Below, piece by piece: positions 10,909-22,086 of a DNA stretch of 32,348 nt (its first letter is position 1; each line of letters begins with the position of its first letter). The notes beneath the pieces are model-generated. The model was given only the letters and a program-made list of their open reading frames with translations. It did not search any database and was not told the origin of the DNA. The stretch lies in IMG/VR virus record IMGVR_UViG_3300014206_000042; one strand, given 5' to 3'. This DNA comes from a virus. The position numbers and the translations under genes are program-made.

Positions 10909-11712
10909 ATGAAATCAGAAAAAATACGACAAATAAAATTAAATGAAAATGAAATTAGCGGTAATCCTTTAGAAGCGGCAAAACAATTCTCAGAAAAAAT
11001 TGTTAAAAAAGATCAAGTTATAATTGATAAAATTCCTTCTAGGTTTAAGCTATTTCCTAATGGAACTGTAATTTATGGTAAAAAAATACCTATTACAGAC
11101 TTAAAAGATTTAGCTACAATGAATAAACAAAATTCATCATATGTAATTAATACTACATTATCAAATACTGTTTCTGGAATAGATATTGGTGAAATCCCTC
11201 AGGCCGATAAATTATATTTAATTGCTTGGTTAAGAGCTTATTCATATGACGATTATCCATATCAAATAAAATGGGAATGCCCATATTGTAATAAAGAACA
11301 TGTTTTTAATTTAACCTTAGATAAATTTTATACTAAATTTATAAATGATGATGTTATTAATGAAATTAATATAAATGGAGATACAATAGTAATTGATTGG
11401 CCTAGAATTAAACACGAATCAATTGTTGAAAAAATTAAAAATGACCCTAATGTTTTAATGCAATTCGATAAAGAAATATTAGATCAAAGTTTATATATTT
11501 CTTCTGTTAATGGAAAAAAATTACCATTAACAAAAGCTTATGAATATCTAAAAAATGAAATCGGCCAAATTGGATACACTAGATTTGTAAACTTTTTAGC
11601 TAAAAATACTTTCGGTATTCAACCATTTACTGAAATTCTCTGTAAATGTGGTAATGTAGTAAAAGTACCAGTTAAATTATCTCAAGATTATTTCTTACCA
11701 GATATTCAATAA
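10909..11712 (+). CDS. Zn-ribbon-containing baseplate-associated protein (putative)
   Basis: Intact ORF with two CxxC pairs (WECPYCNKEH, CKCGNVV); paralogous to the next gene. Confidence 0.6.
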   Translation: MKSEKIRQIKLNENEISGNPLEAAKQFSEKIVKKDQVIIDKIPSRFKLFPNGTVIYGKKIPITDLKDLATMNKQNSSYVINTTLSNTVSGIDIGEIPQADKLYLIAWLRAYSYDDYPYQIKWECPYCNKEHVFNLTLDKFYTKFINDDVINEININGDTIVIDWPRIKHESIVEKIKNDPNVLMQFDKEILDQSLYISSVNGKKLPLTKAYEYLKNEIGQIGYTRFVNFLAKNTFGIQPFTEILCKCGNVVKVPVKLSQDYFLPDIQ

Positions 11713-11721
11713 AGGATATAC

Positions 11722-12627
11722 ATGGAAAATAGATGGAAAATAATCGATCTTCCTTCTAAATTTTTTTCATATAAAGATAAATATTTTTTTGGAAGAGCTT
11801 TAACAGTTTTAGATTTAAAATATTTATCTTCTATTAATCCTGAAAATTATGAAGAAATTTGTAATGATTTATTATTAAGATGTATAGATTTACAATCAAC
11901 GGTATTGGATAATTTAAATCCAGATGATAGATTATATCTATTATTTTGGATTAGATCTAATAGCTTTACAAAATCAGGTTTTGATATTGAGGCAAATTGT
12001 CCTTTTTGTAATTCTAAAATAAATACTTCATGTTCATTAGAAGAATTAAATGTTAAATATATAAAACCTGAATATTTTAATAAAATATATGATTTTCCTA
12101 AATCTGAATTTAAAATTTCTATCAAAATACCTACTATTAAAGATAATAAAGATCTTTTAAATGATAACTATGATAGCCAGATACTTAAATTAGCTTCCTA
12201 TGTAGATTCTATTAATGATTCTAAAATTAATTTATTAGAAGCATACCAGGCAATTAATAGTATGGATCCAATTGAATTTAGAAAATTTTCTACATTATTT
12301 AAAAATATTGAATTTGGTATTGATAATATTTTTCAAACTACCTGTCCTAAATGTAAAAAAAATGTAAATTGCGATTTAGATTTTTCTAAATCTATTTTTA
12401 GTGATATTAATTTATTACATATTTTAGAAGTAGATATAAAAATTTCTAAATACTCGAATAGACCTATTCAAGATAATGATCCATGGATAGAAATTGAATT
12501 AAGACAGGAAATAATAAATAAACTTGTTGAAGAAGAACAAGAAGAAATTAAAAAATTATCTCAAAATAAAAATTCTTTATCTAGAATATCTTCTCCTCAA
12601 ATTCCAAAAATGCCTAAAATTCATTGA
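11722..12627 (+). CDS. Zn-ribbon-containing baseplate-associated protein (putative), paralog of 10909-11712
   Basis: Intact ORF with CPFC and CPKCKKNVNC; shares LYLLFWIRS...CPFC with the upstream LYLIAWLRA...CPYC. Confidence 0.6.
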   Translation: MENRWKIIDLPSKFFSYKDKYFFGRALTVLDLKYLSSINPENYEEICNDLLLRCIDLQSTVLDNLNPDDRLYLLFWIRSNSFTKSGFDIEANCPFCNSKINTSCSLEELNVKYIKPEYFNKIYDFPKSEFKISIKIPTIKDNKDLLNDNYDSQILKLASYVDSINDSKINLLEAYQAINSMDPIEFRKFSTLFKNIEFGIDNIFQTTCPKCKKNVNCDLDFSKSIFSDINLLHILEVDIKISKYSNRPIQDNDPWIEIELRQEIINKLVEEEQEEIKKLSQNKNSLSRISSPQIPKMPKIH

Positions 12628-12848
12628 ATAATGATTTTTTTATCTTTATGTAATTTTTTGAATTCTAATTTAGAAATATAACAAATTTCATTATTTTGAT
12701 TTTCTAAAACTAAAATATCTGAATCCCATTTAGCATTTATAATTCTTGCATTAACTATAAATTTATCTGTTAAATCTTTTGAAAATAAACTATTTGGTAC
12801 AGAATATCGAAAAAACTCTAATTTATTTAAATCATTATTTTTTGTCAT
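12621..12848 (-). CDS. Small hypothetical protein, 75 aa
   Basis: Fills an otherwise empty interval on the minus strand; good RBS (AAAAGGAGAATAAAA-ATG) and convergent with the upstream gene. Confidence 0.6.
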   Translation of the reverse strand: MTKNNDLNKLEFFRYSVPNSLFSKDLTDKFIVNARIINAKWDSDILVLENQNNEICYISKLEFKKLHKDKKIIIQ

Positions 12849-12956
12849 TTTTATTCTCCTTTTATATATCTAAGAATTAAATATATAAAAAATAACAATA
12901 AAAAAGTTATTATAAATATATTATAAAATACAAGTATCTAGCTAGGAGTTTATTAA

Positions 12957-15607
12957 ATGGAAAATATATCATATATCAATACTACACATGAAGAAATGAT
13001 AGAAGATTTTAATTCTAGAATTAGTAATAATGAGCAAGTAAAAAATATTTCTCAATCTTCATTATTTGTATTATTAGAAGAAATGATAGCCGGAGGATTT
13101 GATTTTTGTAATTATATGATTCAAAGAAGTGCAGAAGAATCTTTTTTAAGTACTTGTAAATTAGATTCTTCGGGTATTAAACATGCAAAACCATTAGGAT
13201 ATTCTCCTAAAAGAAGAATTCCGGCTCAAGCTTCTATTTCAATTATTATAAAAGGTCCTTTACCTTCAGCCTTAATTGCTCGGTGCTAAAATAAATTTCA
13301 ACCAATTTGATACAATCCTAAAATATAATGGAAATAAATTTTTATTAAAAAATAGCTATTCATACACTTTAACTCAGGATGATATAGATAATGGAATAGA
13401 TTCAAGTTGGTCTAAAACTATAATTTATTCAAAAGATTCTTCCGATGAATATATAAAATTAATAGATAGTAAAATTTATAATATAACCGGATGTAAAACA
13501 ATTAATATATTCCAAGGAGAATTAATTACTTCTTCATTTGATGGAATATCTAATTATAATTTAATTGGTGATCCGTATCAATCCTATGATATAAATGATT
13601 TATCCTTTTCGAATTGGTATGGTAAAAATGACCCATTTGCTTATGATGGTAAAACATATAATAAATTAACCGGCTATACAAAAGTCGGTATAGGAACTAG
13701 TGAAACAGAAGCATTAGATGATGACCACTTATTTGATATTGAATTAAGTTCTATATTATTAAATGATAATATTTTATATAATAATACAGTAAATAATAAA
13801 GTTTGTTTAATTGAAAGTAATCAGGATAAATCGGTTCGTCTTAGTTTTGGAGATGGAACATCTAGTGTGAATGGCTTAAATTCTAGTAATGAAACAATTT
13901 TTATTAAATATATTTCTTGTAAAGGCGCAGAAGTAAATGAAATAGGTTCATCTGGTAATACAATTAAATATGAAAATAAATTTTATGCTACAATGAATGG
14001 TAATATTATTGATGTAACTGATAATATTTCTTTTAAATTAACTAGCGATATTAGTAATGGTGAAGATTTTGAATCATTAGACTCTATAAAATTAAATGCT
14101 CCGGCCCATTATGCTTCATTAAATAGATTAGTTACTAATCCTGATTATCAAAGTTTTCTAAAAGGATTATCTACGCCAATAGCAGTAAAAAATGCTATTT
14201 GTTGGGGAGAAGAAGAAGTTCAAGATGCTTCAGGCGAATTACAAAAATATATGCAAAATATTATTGCCTATGTTATAACCGGCTCATTTTATAATACTGA
14301 TACTGCCTCATATTCTCCTATAAATGTATATGATGATTCTTCAAATGTTGCCACAATTTATGGCTCCGATTTTACAAATCATATTGCCGATTATTTATAT
14401 ATGCTTATGAATTTTAGTGATTTTGCCGCTAATCAAGAAAATGCCAGTTCATTAGAATCCTGGGTTCAAAATGCAATACTTTTAAGAACTAGTATGGACC
14501 AAAAATCGTTTATGAATGTTAAAGAATATAGTTTACCTCCAATAGTCCATTATTTTGATTTAGTTGGTAAAGTAAAAGTAAATAAATTAACAAATTTAGC
14601 AACAATAAAAAAAGATATAGAAAATAAAATATACGATTGGCTTAACTTAAATTGCGATTTTAATACAGATATTAATTTATCAGACTTTAATAAAAAATTC
14701 TTAAATGATTCTCGTGTAATATCTTGTAATTTAGATATGAAAGTATCAAATTGGATTAAATCAGATTCTAATACTTATTATTTTGATTCTAGTTTAGCTG
14801 AAATCACCGGCGAAAATAATGGTACTTGGAATCAATTAATTATTTCTTCTGAAGATTTAGCTGGAAATACAGTATCGATTGATGAATTAGAAAATAAGAT
14901 TTTAACAATGGAAATTAGTTATAATTATTCTTCATCTGGTGGATCCCGGACAAGGAACTAAAAATATAGAAATGAAGCCTTCTTCAGTAGAAACTTCTTC
15001 GGATGGTAAAATAATAATTACTTTCGTTTCAGATATTTTAGCTATGTCCGGTTTACAATTTTCTAGATCATTAATTTCTATTAATATCTTATATGCACTA
15101 TCTTCTGATTATTTTAATTCTTCTAATTTATATTCTAATCTTACCTCTAGTTCTAATAATTATGGTTTAACTACCACTCAAATTGAAGAAGTTATTTCTA
15201 AATTAAAATTATGGATGAATACTATTTCTGAAAACTATAATATAACTGATAGACCAGTTCCTCTAACATTTTCTGTTAATTTTGCAGATAATGAAAATAT
15301 GCCAATTAATACTTATGTTGAATCGATTATGCGTAGAGGAAATGATACAAATTTAAATATTCAATATCAATTATCAGAAAGAAGTTTTTGGTTCTATTTT
15401 GTAAAAGAAAAAATTGTAAATGAAATATATCAAAATGATATTGAAAATAAATGGACATATATTGAAAATTTAGTAAAAGATTTATATCCTTTAGTAAAAC
15501 CTATATTTGTTAATAATATCTTAGATAATAATCATAATATTACTAATTTTTCATTAAATAATGAAATTCCGGTTGTAAGATTAAATCTTACATATGATTA
15601 TAAATAA
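12957..15607 (+). CDS. Baseplate wedge protein, T4 gp6-like, reconstructed across CGGT 13281 and CGGA 14947
   Basis: ...SLFVLLEEMIAGGFDFCNYMIQRSAEESFLSTCKLDSSGIKHAKPLGYSPKRRIPAQASISIIIKGPLPSALIA[G]AKINFNQFDTI...YSSSGGS[G]QGTKNIEMKPSS...; three track ORFs fuse exactly. Confidence 0.8.
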
Positions 15608-15616
15608 AGGATAAAT

Positions 15617-16533
15617 ATGGCAGAAATTATTATTTTTTCAAATAAAATAGAAAATGATTTATCATATTCTTTTGATATTGAATATAAAAGTGATTTAGGT
15701 TTTCAACCAGATTTATCAAAATGGTCTTTTAGATATGAAAGTTTTTTTGAAACTTCTATTTTTGTAAATCAAATAAGTCTTTTGGCCGATAAAGATATCG
15801 ATTCATACACTTGTGAATATTTAGGTATTAATAAGTATCATATTACATTATATGGTAAATTATTTCACTATGGAACATTTATTTTAACAATTTCTTATTC
15901 TAATACAATTAATGAAATAACTACGAATTATGAAATAATTTCGGATAAATTACTTTCTTATTTACCTCCTAAATTTTTATTCGGAGAAATTAAAGCTAAA
16001 CAATATAATACTTCAATTGGTTCTAATGATTTAGTTATTCCTTATAATATATTTTCAATTCCTTCGGAATTATTAAGCAGTAATTCAGCTTATCCATATT
16101 TTGAACAAAATTATGAATTATCTGGTATTTTTGACCAGACTTCAGGAGCAAGGCCAAATTATTATGAAAATGATTATTTATATACTAATGGTTTACATTA
16201 TGATAGTGATAAATATTTAAGCGGAAATCTTATAAAATCTTCTAATTTATTAGATAATATATATCAAGTAAATTGTTCTCGGAATTATACCAGTTTCTTT
16301 AGCTGATCGTTATAAATTTTCAAATGATATTAATGATTATATAATTGGCCTTTATGATGCTGGCCGAAATATTATAGATTTAAATGTTAATATGGATTCA
16401 AATTTTATTACTTCTGCTCGGTGATTATTTAATTTACAATTTTACTTTTAATATAGATAATTCAGCAAATAAAAATATTTCATATTTAGGAGATCTGTAT
16501 ATAAATTCAAAATTAATTGAATATAGTTTCTAA
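15617..16533 (+). CDS. Hypothetical structural protein, reconstructed across CGGA 16280 and CGGT 16419
   Basis: ...NIYQVNCS[G]IIPVSLADRYKFSNDINDYIIGLYDAGRNIIDLNVNMDSNFITSA[G]DYLIYNFTFNIDNSANKNISYLGDLYINSKLIEYSF*. Confidence 0.75.
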
Positions 16534-16575
16534 AAATTATAAATAGAGTATAATAAGTTTTAAAGAGGTATCTAA

Positions 16576-18926
16576 ATGGCAGAATTAAGTGGTTGGTATT
16601 TTAGTAATGATCCAAATTTATCTGGTGCAACTTCTGCATTAACTCACCAAATAAACTGGTATAATACTAATACTTTAGCTAACGGCTATAAAATGACCAA
16701 CATTATTGGTCGTAAATTATACTACAATTTAAGCGCTATCAAAGATGAATTATATAAAGTGGCAATAGATCAAAATTATTCGAATAATTCCGGAGGTTCA
16801 GGTTATTTAAATGATATTTTAGATGTAGCTCGGTAATGGTTTAATAAAAACTTTAAGCGGAAATAAAATGATTATTTCCGCCAATTCTAGTATAATGGAA
16901 TATAAAGGTACTTCTACTTTTGAAAATTTATCAGCTATTTCGGCCGCCGCAAATGTAGGAGATGTTTATAATTTAACTACTTCTGGCCTTCTTTATAATG
17001 GAGATTCAGTTCATAGTGGATATGTTTATGCCGGAGATAATGTATCATTTGATATTTCTGGTTATTGGGATATTTTACGGCCGTTCAATTAATACTCCAT
17101 GGTATGATGAAGTAGCTAATAATATTCAAATCAATAGTCGGTAATTGGCAAAATACATATAATGCGGTAAATAATAATAGCGGCAATTGGAATAACATTA
17201 GTGGAGTATTTAATACTTATGTTGTTGGTGGCCAAAATATATCAGTAAGTGGAGAAACAATAAGTGGAGCAATAATACCTACTACTGTATATCATTGTAA
17301 TTCATATGCATATAGAACTACTGCCGGTAATGGTTTATATTTTACAAGTTCGGCTGTGAATCCTTATACCGAATATTTACAAATTCACCTGTATGATGCC
17401 GATATTTCAGCTCTTAACCTTGTAAAAAATAGTGGTGTAAATTGGAATAAAGCGGTAATTTTTGATATAAATAGCAGTTATAATACATACTCATTACAAG
17501 ATAACGTTAATGTTAGAAATGGTTTTTATTCATTTATTACCCGGAAGTGGAAATAGAGGAAATTCAAATAGTTTAATAGCTGGTACGAATAATTATGGAG
17601 CATCAAATAGTTTAATAGTTCGGGGCAAATAATAGTAATTTAAATGCTTCAACAATAATAGCCGGTGAATCAAATAGTGCAAATAGTTTTTCTTCATTAA
17701 TTATTGGAGAATCTAATCTTTTAGAATCTGAAAGAACGGCCATTATTGGTAGTTATAATTCATCATATAAGCCTAGAACAATTATTAATGGAGAATCAAA
17801 TTTATTAAATTCAGATAGTTGTTTTTGTTTAGGTTCACAAAATAATATTTCCGGAGATTTTAATACTATAGTTGGTAATGGAAATTTAATTGAAGAAAAT
17901 GCCGATAATAATTCTATAGTAGGCAGTTTTAATACTATAAATTCATCTAATAATTTAATTATTGGTACAGAAAATGCGGTATCAAATAATAGTATATGCC
18001 TTGGTAATAAAAATTCGGCAGTAAATTTATCAGATTATTCATTTTTATTTGGAACAAATAATTTAATTAGTCCAAATAGTTTATTTTCTTTTTCTTTTGG
18101 AGATGGATTAGATAATCATTTACTTGGTTATCCTCAATCAGCTTTACCTCATAATTTTATTATAGGTGCTTATAATTCTCCTTTAAATGCTACTAGCCCA
18201 GAAGTATTTACTATTGGTAATGGAATTAGTGGAAGTAGAAATACATTATTTAAGATAGTTGATAATTCTATAGATCCTTATTTACAACTTTTAATTCTTA
18301 ATCAAACAGCTAATCATAAATTATTTTATAGCGATTTACCATTATCTAATAATTACATTGCTTTATCTGCCGCTTCTACATTTGTAACTAAAACTTTAGA
18401 TATTCAAGCAGAATATACTAGTGCTAGAGTATCAAATGATAATACTTCAGTTGGAGTTATTTCAGATAAAATTAGAATTCCAAGTGATGGAACTAATCCA
18501 GGAGGAAATTATTCTACATTTTATAAAAAAAATGGATTAACAAGAACTCTTAAAGGTAATTTAGCCTTATTAATTCCGAATAGTGATTCACCATTAATTG
18601 CCGGAGATTTATTGTTTAGATTTGCTTCTAATAAAGAGGCAATTGATAGTTTTTATATCACTGCTTATAAAAATGGTAATATTTCAGATAATATTACTGA
18701 AGTTAATACTGTATTATCAAATCCAGGATATAGATTCAATGGTCAATTTGGTTTTAGTAATGCCGGTTATACTAGAATGGTTTCATTACTAGTTAATTCT
18801 GGAGCAGTATATTGGGCCGATAGTAATTTAGGTTCATGCCCATATAATGATCCAGATACAAGCGCGGTGGCTGGATATCATTATTTACCAAATCGTTTAG
18901 TTATTGATACTTCTTGGTTAGAATAA
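16576..18926 (+). CDS. Fibre-like protein with repeated Ile/Gly/Asn-rich segments, reconstructed across five CGGN (16831, 17078, 17139, 17542, 17621)
   Basis: ...LNDILDVA[G]NGLIKTLSGNKMIISANSS...GYWDIL[G]RSINTPWYDEVANNIQINS[G]NWQNTYNAVNNNSGNWNNISG...RNGFYSFIT[G]SGNRGNSNSLIAGTNNYGASNSLIV[G]ANNSNLNASTIIAGESNS...; ends in the 18612-18926 ORF. Confidence 0.8.
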
Positions 18927-18936
18927 GGAAATAAAT

Positions 18937-19510
18937 ATGAGCGATTTTACAACTAATATTAATAATTATCAAAAAAATAAATTTAGGGTTGTATTAACGG
19001 ATTGGCCTAATGGAACTAATTTAGTTTCTATTAATATGGCTATTTTTAATAATTATATTAGATCTTTTGCCGTTCCAGATTTAGGATTAAATATATTAAC
19101 TTCTACTAATGTTTTAGAAACACAAAATCATCCGGCGGCAACAGGTAATAGAGATTTTCAAACTATAACAATTGAATTTCGGTATTGATGAATATATGCA
19201 AAATTGGTATGCGGCATATATGTTATTAGTTAATACAAAATTTAATATTTCATTAGGAAAGAAAAACTTAAAAGGAGAAGAATTATTACGAAGAAATGTA
19301 ATAGATTGTATTGAATTACAGAGTTTAGATACAGAAAAAAGAGTTATTTCTGCCTTAAAATTTAGTCCTTGTTTATTAAATAATATTTCTTCATTAGATT
19401 TAAATTTTCAAGAATCTTCTCAAGCAACATTTACTTGTACATTTAAGTATGAACAATTAGATTTAATTAATTATCCTATAATACCGAATTCAGATTCTCC
19501 AATAAAGTAA
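18937..19510 (+). CDS. Tail-tube-like structural protein (putative), reconstructed across CGGT 19180
   Basis: ...NHPAATGNRDFQTITIEF[G]IDEYMQNWYAAYMLLVNTKFNISLG... Confidence 0.65.
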
Positions 19511-19544
19511 AATCTTTTTCTTATAAATATGTTAGGAGAAAAGG

Positions 19545-21219
19545 ATGGCATCTAAAGCTTTAGAAATAGCTAATAAATTAGCATTACAAGAAAATCAAAA
19601 ACGAGAAAATTCTAAAAAAGAGAATCAAATAAATGATAGTCAAGAAGATTTAGATAAATCTCTTATTTCTTGGGAAAATGCTTTAACTATTTTTTCTAAA
19701 GATAATGATAAAAGTAATAATGAATTGATGAATTTTTTATCTAATAATGTATTAGATGAAAAAATAGAAAATCAAGTATTAATAGAAGATTTTAATAAAC
19801 TATTAGCACCGATTTTGGATTCAAATTTAGGTACTAAAATAAAACCTATGGTTATTACTTTTGATAAAACTTCGGCTGAAATGATTCAAGCAATTGGAGA
19901 AGATAAAAAAGAAAAACCATCTATAATTAATTCTCAGGATCCTAATAAAATTATTAAAAATAAAGAAGATACTTCTGAAAAAGGATTTGATTTAAAACAA
20001 TTATTATCCGGTATGAATACAATTTTATCTAAATTATTAAATCCGGTAGCATTTTTTACTTCTATTATTGCTGAATTTTTACCTTATTTTATTTTAGGTT
20101 TTTTCTTTTTTAAAGGCTTTCTAAATGAACTGGGTATTGATATAATGAATATCATTAAACCTGGTTTAGCAATTTTAGCCGGTTTACTAGTTGTGAAATG
20201 GGGAATTCAGGCAGCTTTATTTTTTACTGGATTAGGTCCAAAATTAATATTACCTGTATTACAATTTTTTACTTGGTTAAAAGGTAAAGAATCTGCCAAA
20301 TTTTTGATGGAAAAAGGATTTTTTGTTTTCAAAAAAGGATTAGAATTAGCTATAGCGGCAATTAGAATTGCGGCCGCTTGGATTGGAGCATTTGCCATTT
20401 ATGCTGCAATAGGAATATTAGTAATTGGTATTTTAGCTTTATTTGCCATATTTATTTATTTAATGAGAGATCAAATTGTAGCAGTAATTACTAAAATTAT
20501 AGATTTTTTCGGAAAAATATTAGATTTTGTAGATAAGGCATTAACTAGTATTATTGGCCGGAGTAATGAATGTAATAGGAATAATTGGCTCTGTTATTAT
20601 GAGTGTAGCAAATAGTATTGCCACTATAGTAAATAGTATAAGTGGATTTTTTAAATCTTTATTTGATTTAATTAGTGGTGTTATATTAGGTATAGCTAAT
20701 TCATTTTTTGGTAATTTATTTAATAAAAAAAGTGATACTAAAATGACAAATTATGAATCTTCAGTATTAGATTATTTAGATTCTATTGTTTCTTGTTTAA
20801 ATCCTTTTAATAAAAAAGAAGCAATAACTTCTGAAAATAAAAGTATAATTACACCAGAAACAAATGTTAATTTAATAAATAAAACTCAAAGTATTTCTGG
20901 CCTTGCCACTAGTGTATTACATATTGAAGAATATTTAAAAATAATTTCAGAAAATTCTATTATTAAAACTGAAGCACAGAAGATTGTACCATTTTTTAAT
21001 AATAAAAATATAAAAAGTAGTCAAATAAAAACTACTATGGTAGCTTCTGATAGTGTAGTTAATAATATTCATCAAGGCGCTTCTCAATTAAATGATTCTT
21101 CTTCATCAATTATTGAAGTATTAAAAGAATCAAATCAAATTATTTCTAAAATTTTAACTAAATTAGATTCTTTTACTCAAAATAAAAAAATAGTTTTTCC
21201 TACAATAGAGAATTCTTAA
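19545..21219 (+). CDS. Membrane-segment-rich phage protein (possible tape-measure-like), reconstructed across CGGA 20559
   Basis: Hydrophobic stretches, then ...FVDKALTSIIG[G]VMNVIGIIGSVIMSVANSIATIVNSISGFFKSLFD...; two track ORFs fuse. Confidence 0.7.
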
Positions 21220-21220
21220 A

Positions 21221-22086
21221 ATGAAAACAAAATATTATAATATTCAAAATGAGGCTTCACATGAAGATTCTTTTTCTTCTACTTCTAGAATATTATTAAA
21301 ATTATTAGATAATACTCGGTAAAGAAATTCGGCCTTAGTTGTAATGCGATTATTCAAGATAATATAAAATTATCAATTGGATCTACTTGGGAATCTGGTC
21401 CAGTAGCTTCAATTATGTCAAAAGTTAAAGATTTTATGTCAAATAATTTAATGCAAATAGCCGCAACATTTTCTGGAAATTATACTCCTCCGATTTTAAC
21501 CGATGAATATACTCAAAAAGTATTTAAAGAAAATTCATCAATTAGTGTTCCAATCAATTTTAGATTATATTATGATTCACCAGATAATACTTCTAATCCT
21601 ATTGATACTTTTAAATGGATGTCTTGTACCATGTTTCCTATTTCCCATTGGGATTTATTAAATGCTATGAATGCTACTATATCAGCGGCAAATTTGGCTA
21701 TGGATGTCGGTTCTGACGCCGGTAAAAAATTTCAATCTATTAAAACTTCATTAGATACTACTACAGAAGATAAAAATGTTAAAGAGAAAAAAAGTGCAAT
21801 AGATACAATTAAAGATGTTACTTTAGATTTAGAATCAGAATTATTAAAATTATCTAGGAATAATTATGGCGGTTATTTCTATAATGTTATTTTTGGTAAT
21901 ATTTTTAATTTTCATGTATATATAGATAAAATGGGATTTAAGATTTCAAAAGAAACGGTGTATTATAATGATAAAATTGTACCATATTATATTGATTTTG
22001 ATTTATCTTTAAATTTAATTACAAAACCTTCTATGGATATATTCAATACATATATGGATAAACTAAAAACTAATGGAAATTATTAA
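21221..22086 (+). CDS. Tail/baseplate structural protein, reconstructed across CGGT 21317 and CGGC 21330
   Basis: MKTKYYNIQNEASHEDSFSSTSRILLKLLDNT[G]KEI[G]LSCNAIIQDNIKLSIGSTWESGPVASIMSKVKDFMSNNLMQ... Confidence 0.75.

Noticed and set aside
11847-12125. Minus-strand ORF of 92 aa
   Set aside because: Fully inside the coding region 11722-12627; no supporting signal.
20207-20398. Minus-strand ORF of 63 aa
   Set aside because: Antisense to the 19545-21219 gene; hydrophobic composition mirrors the opposite strand.
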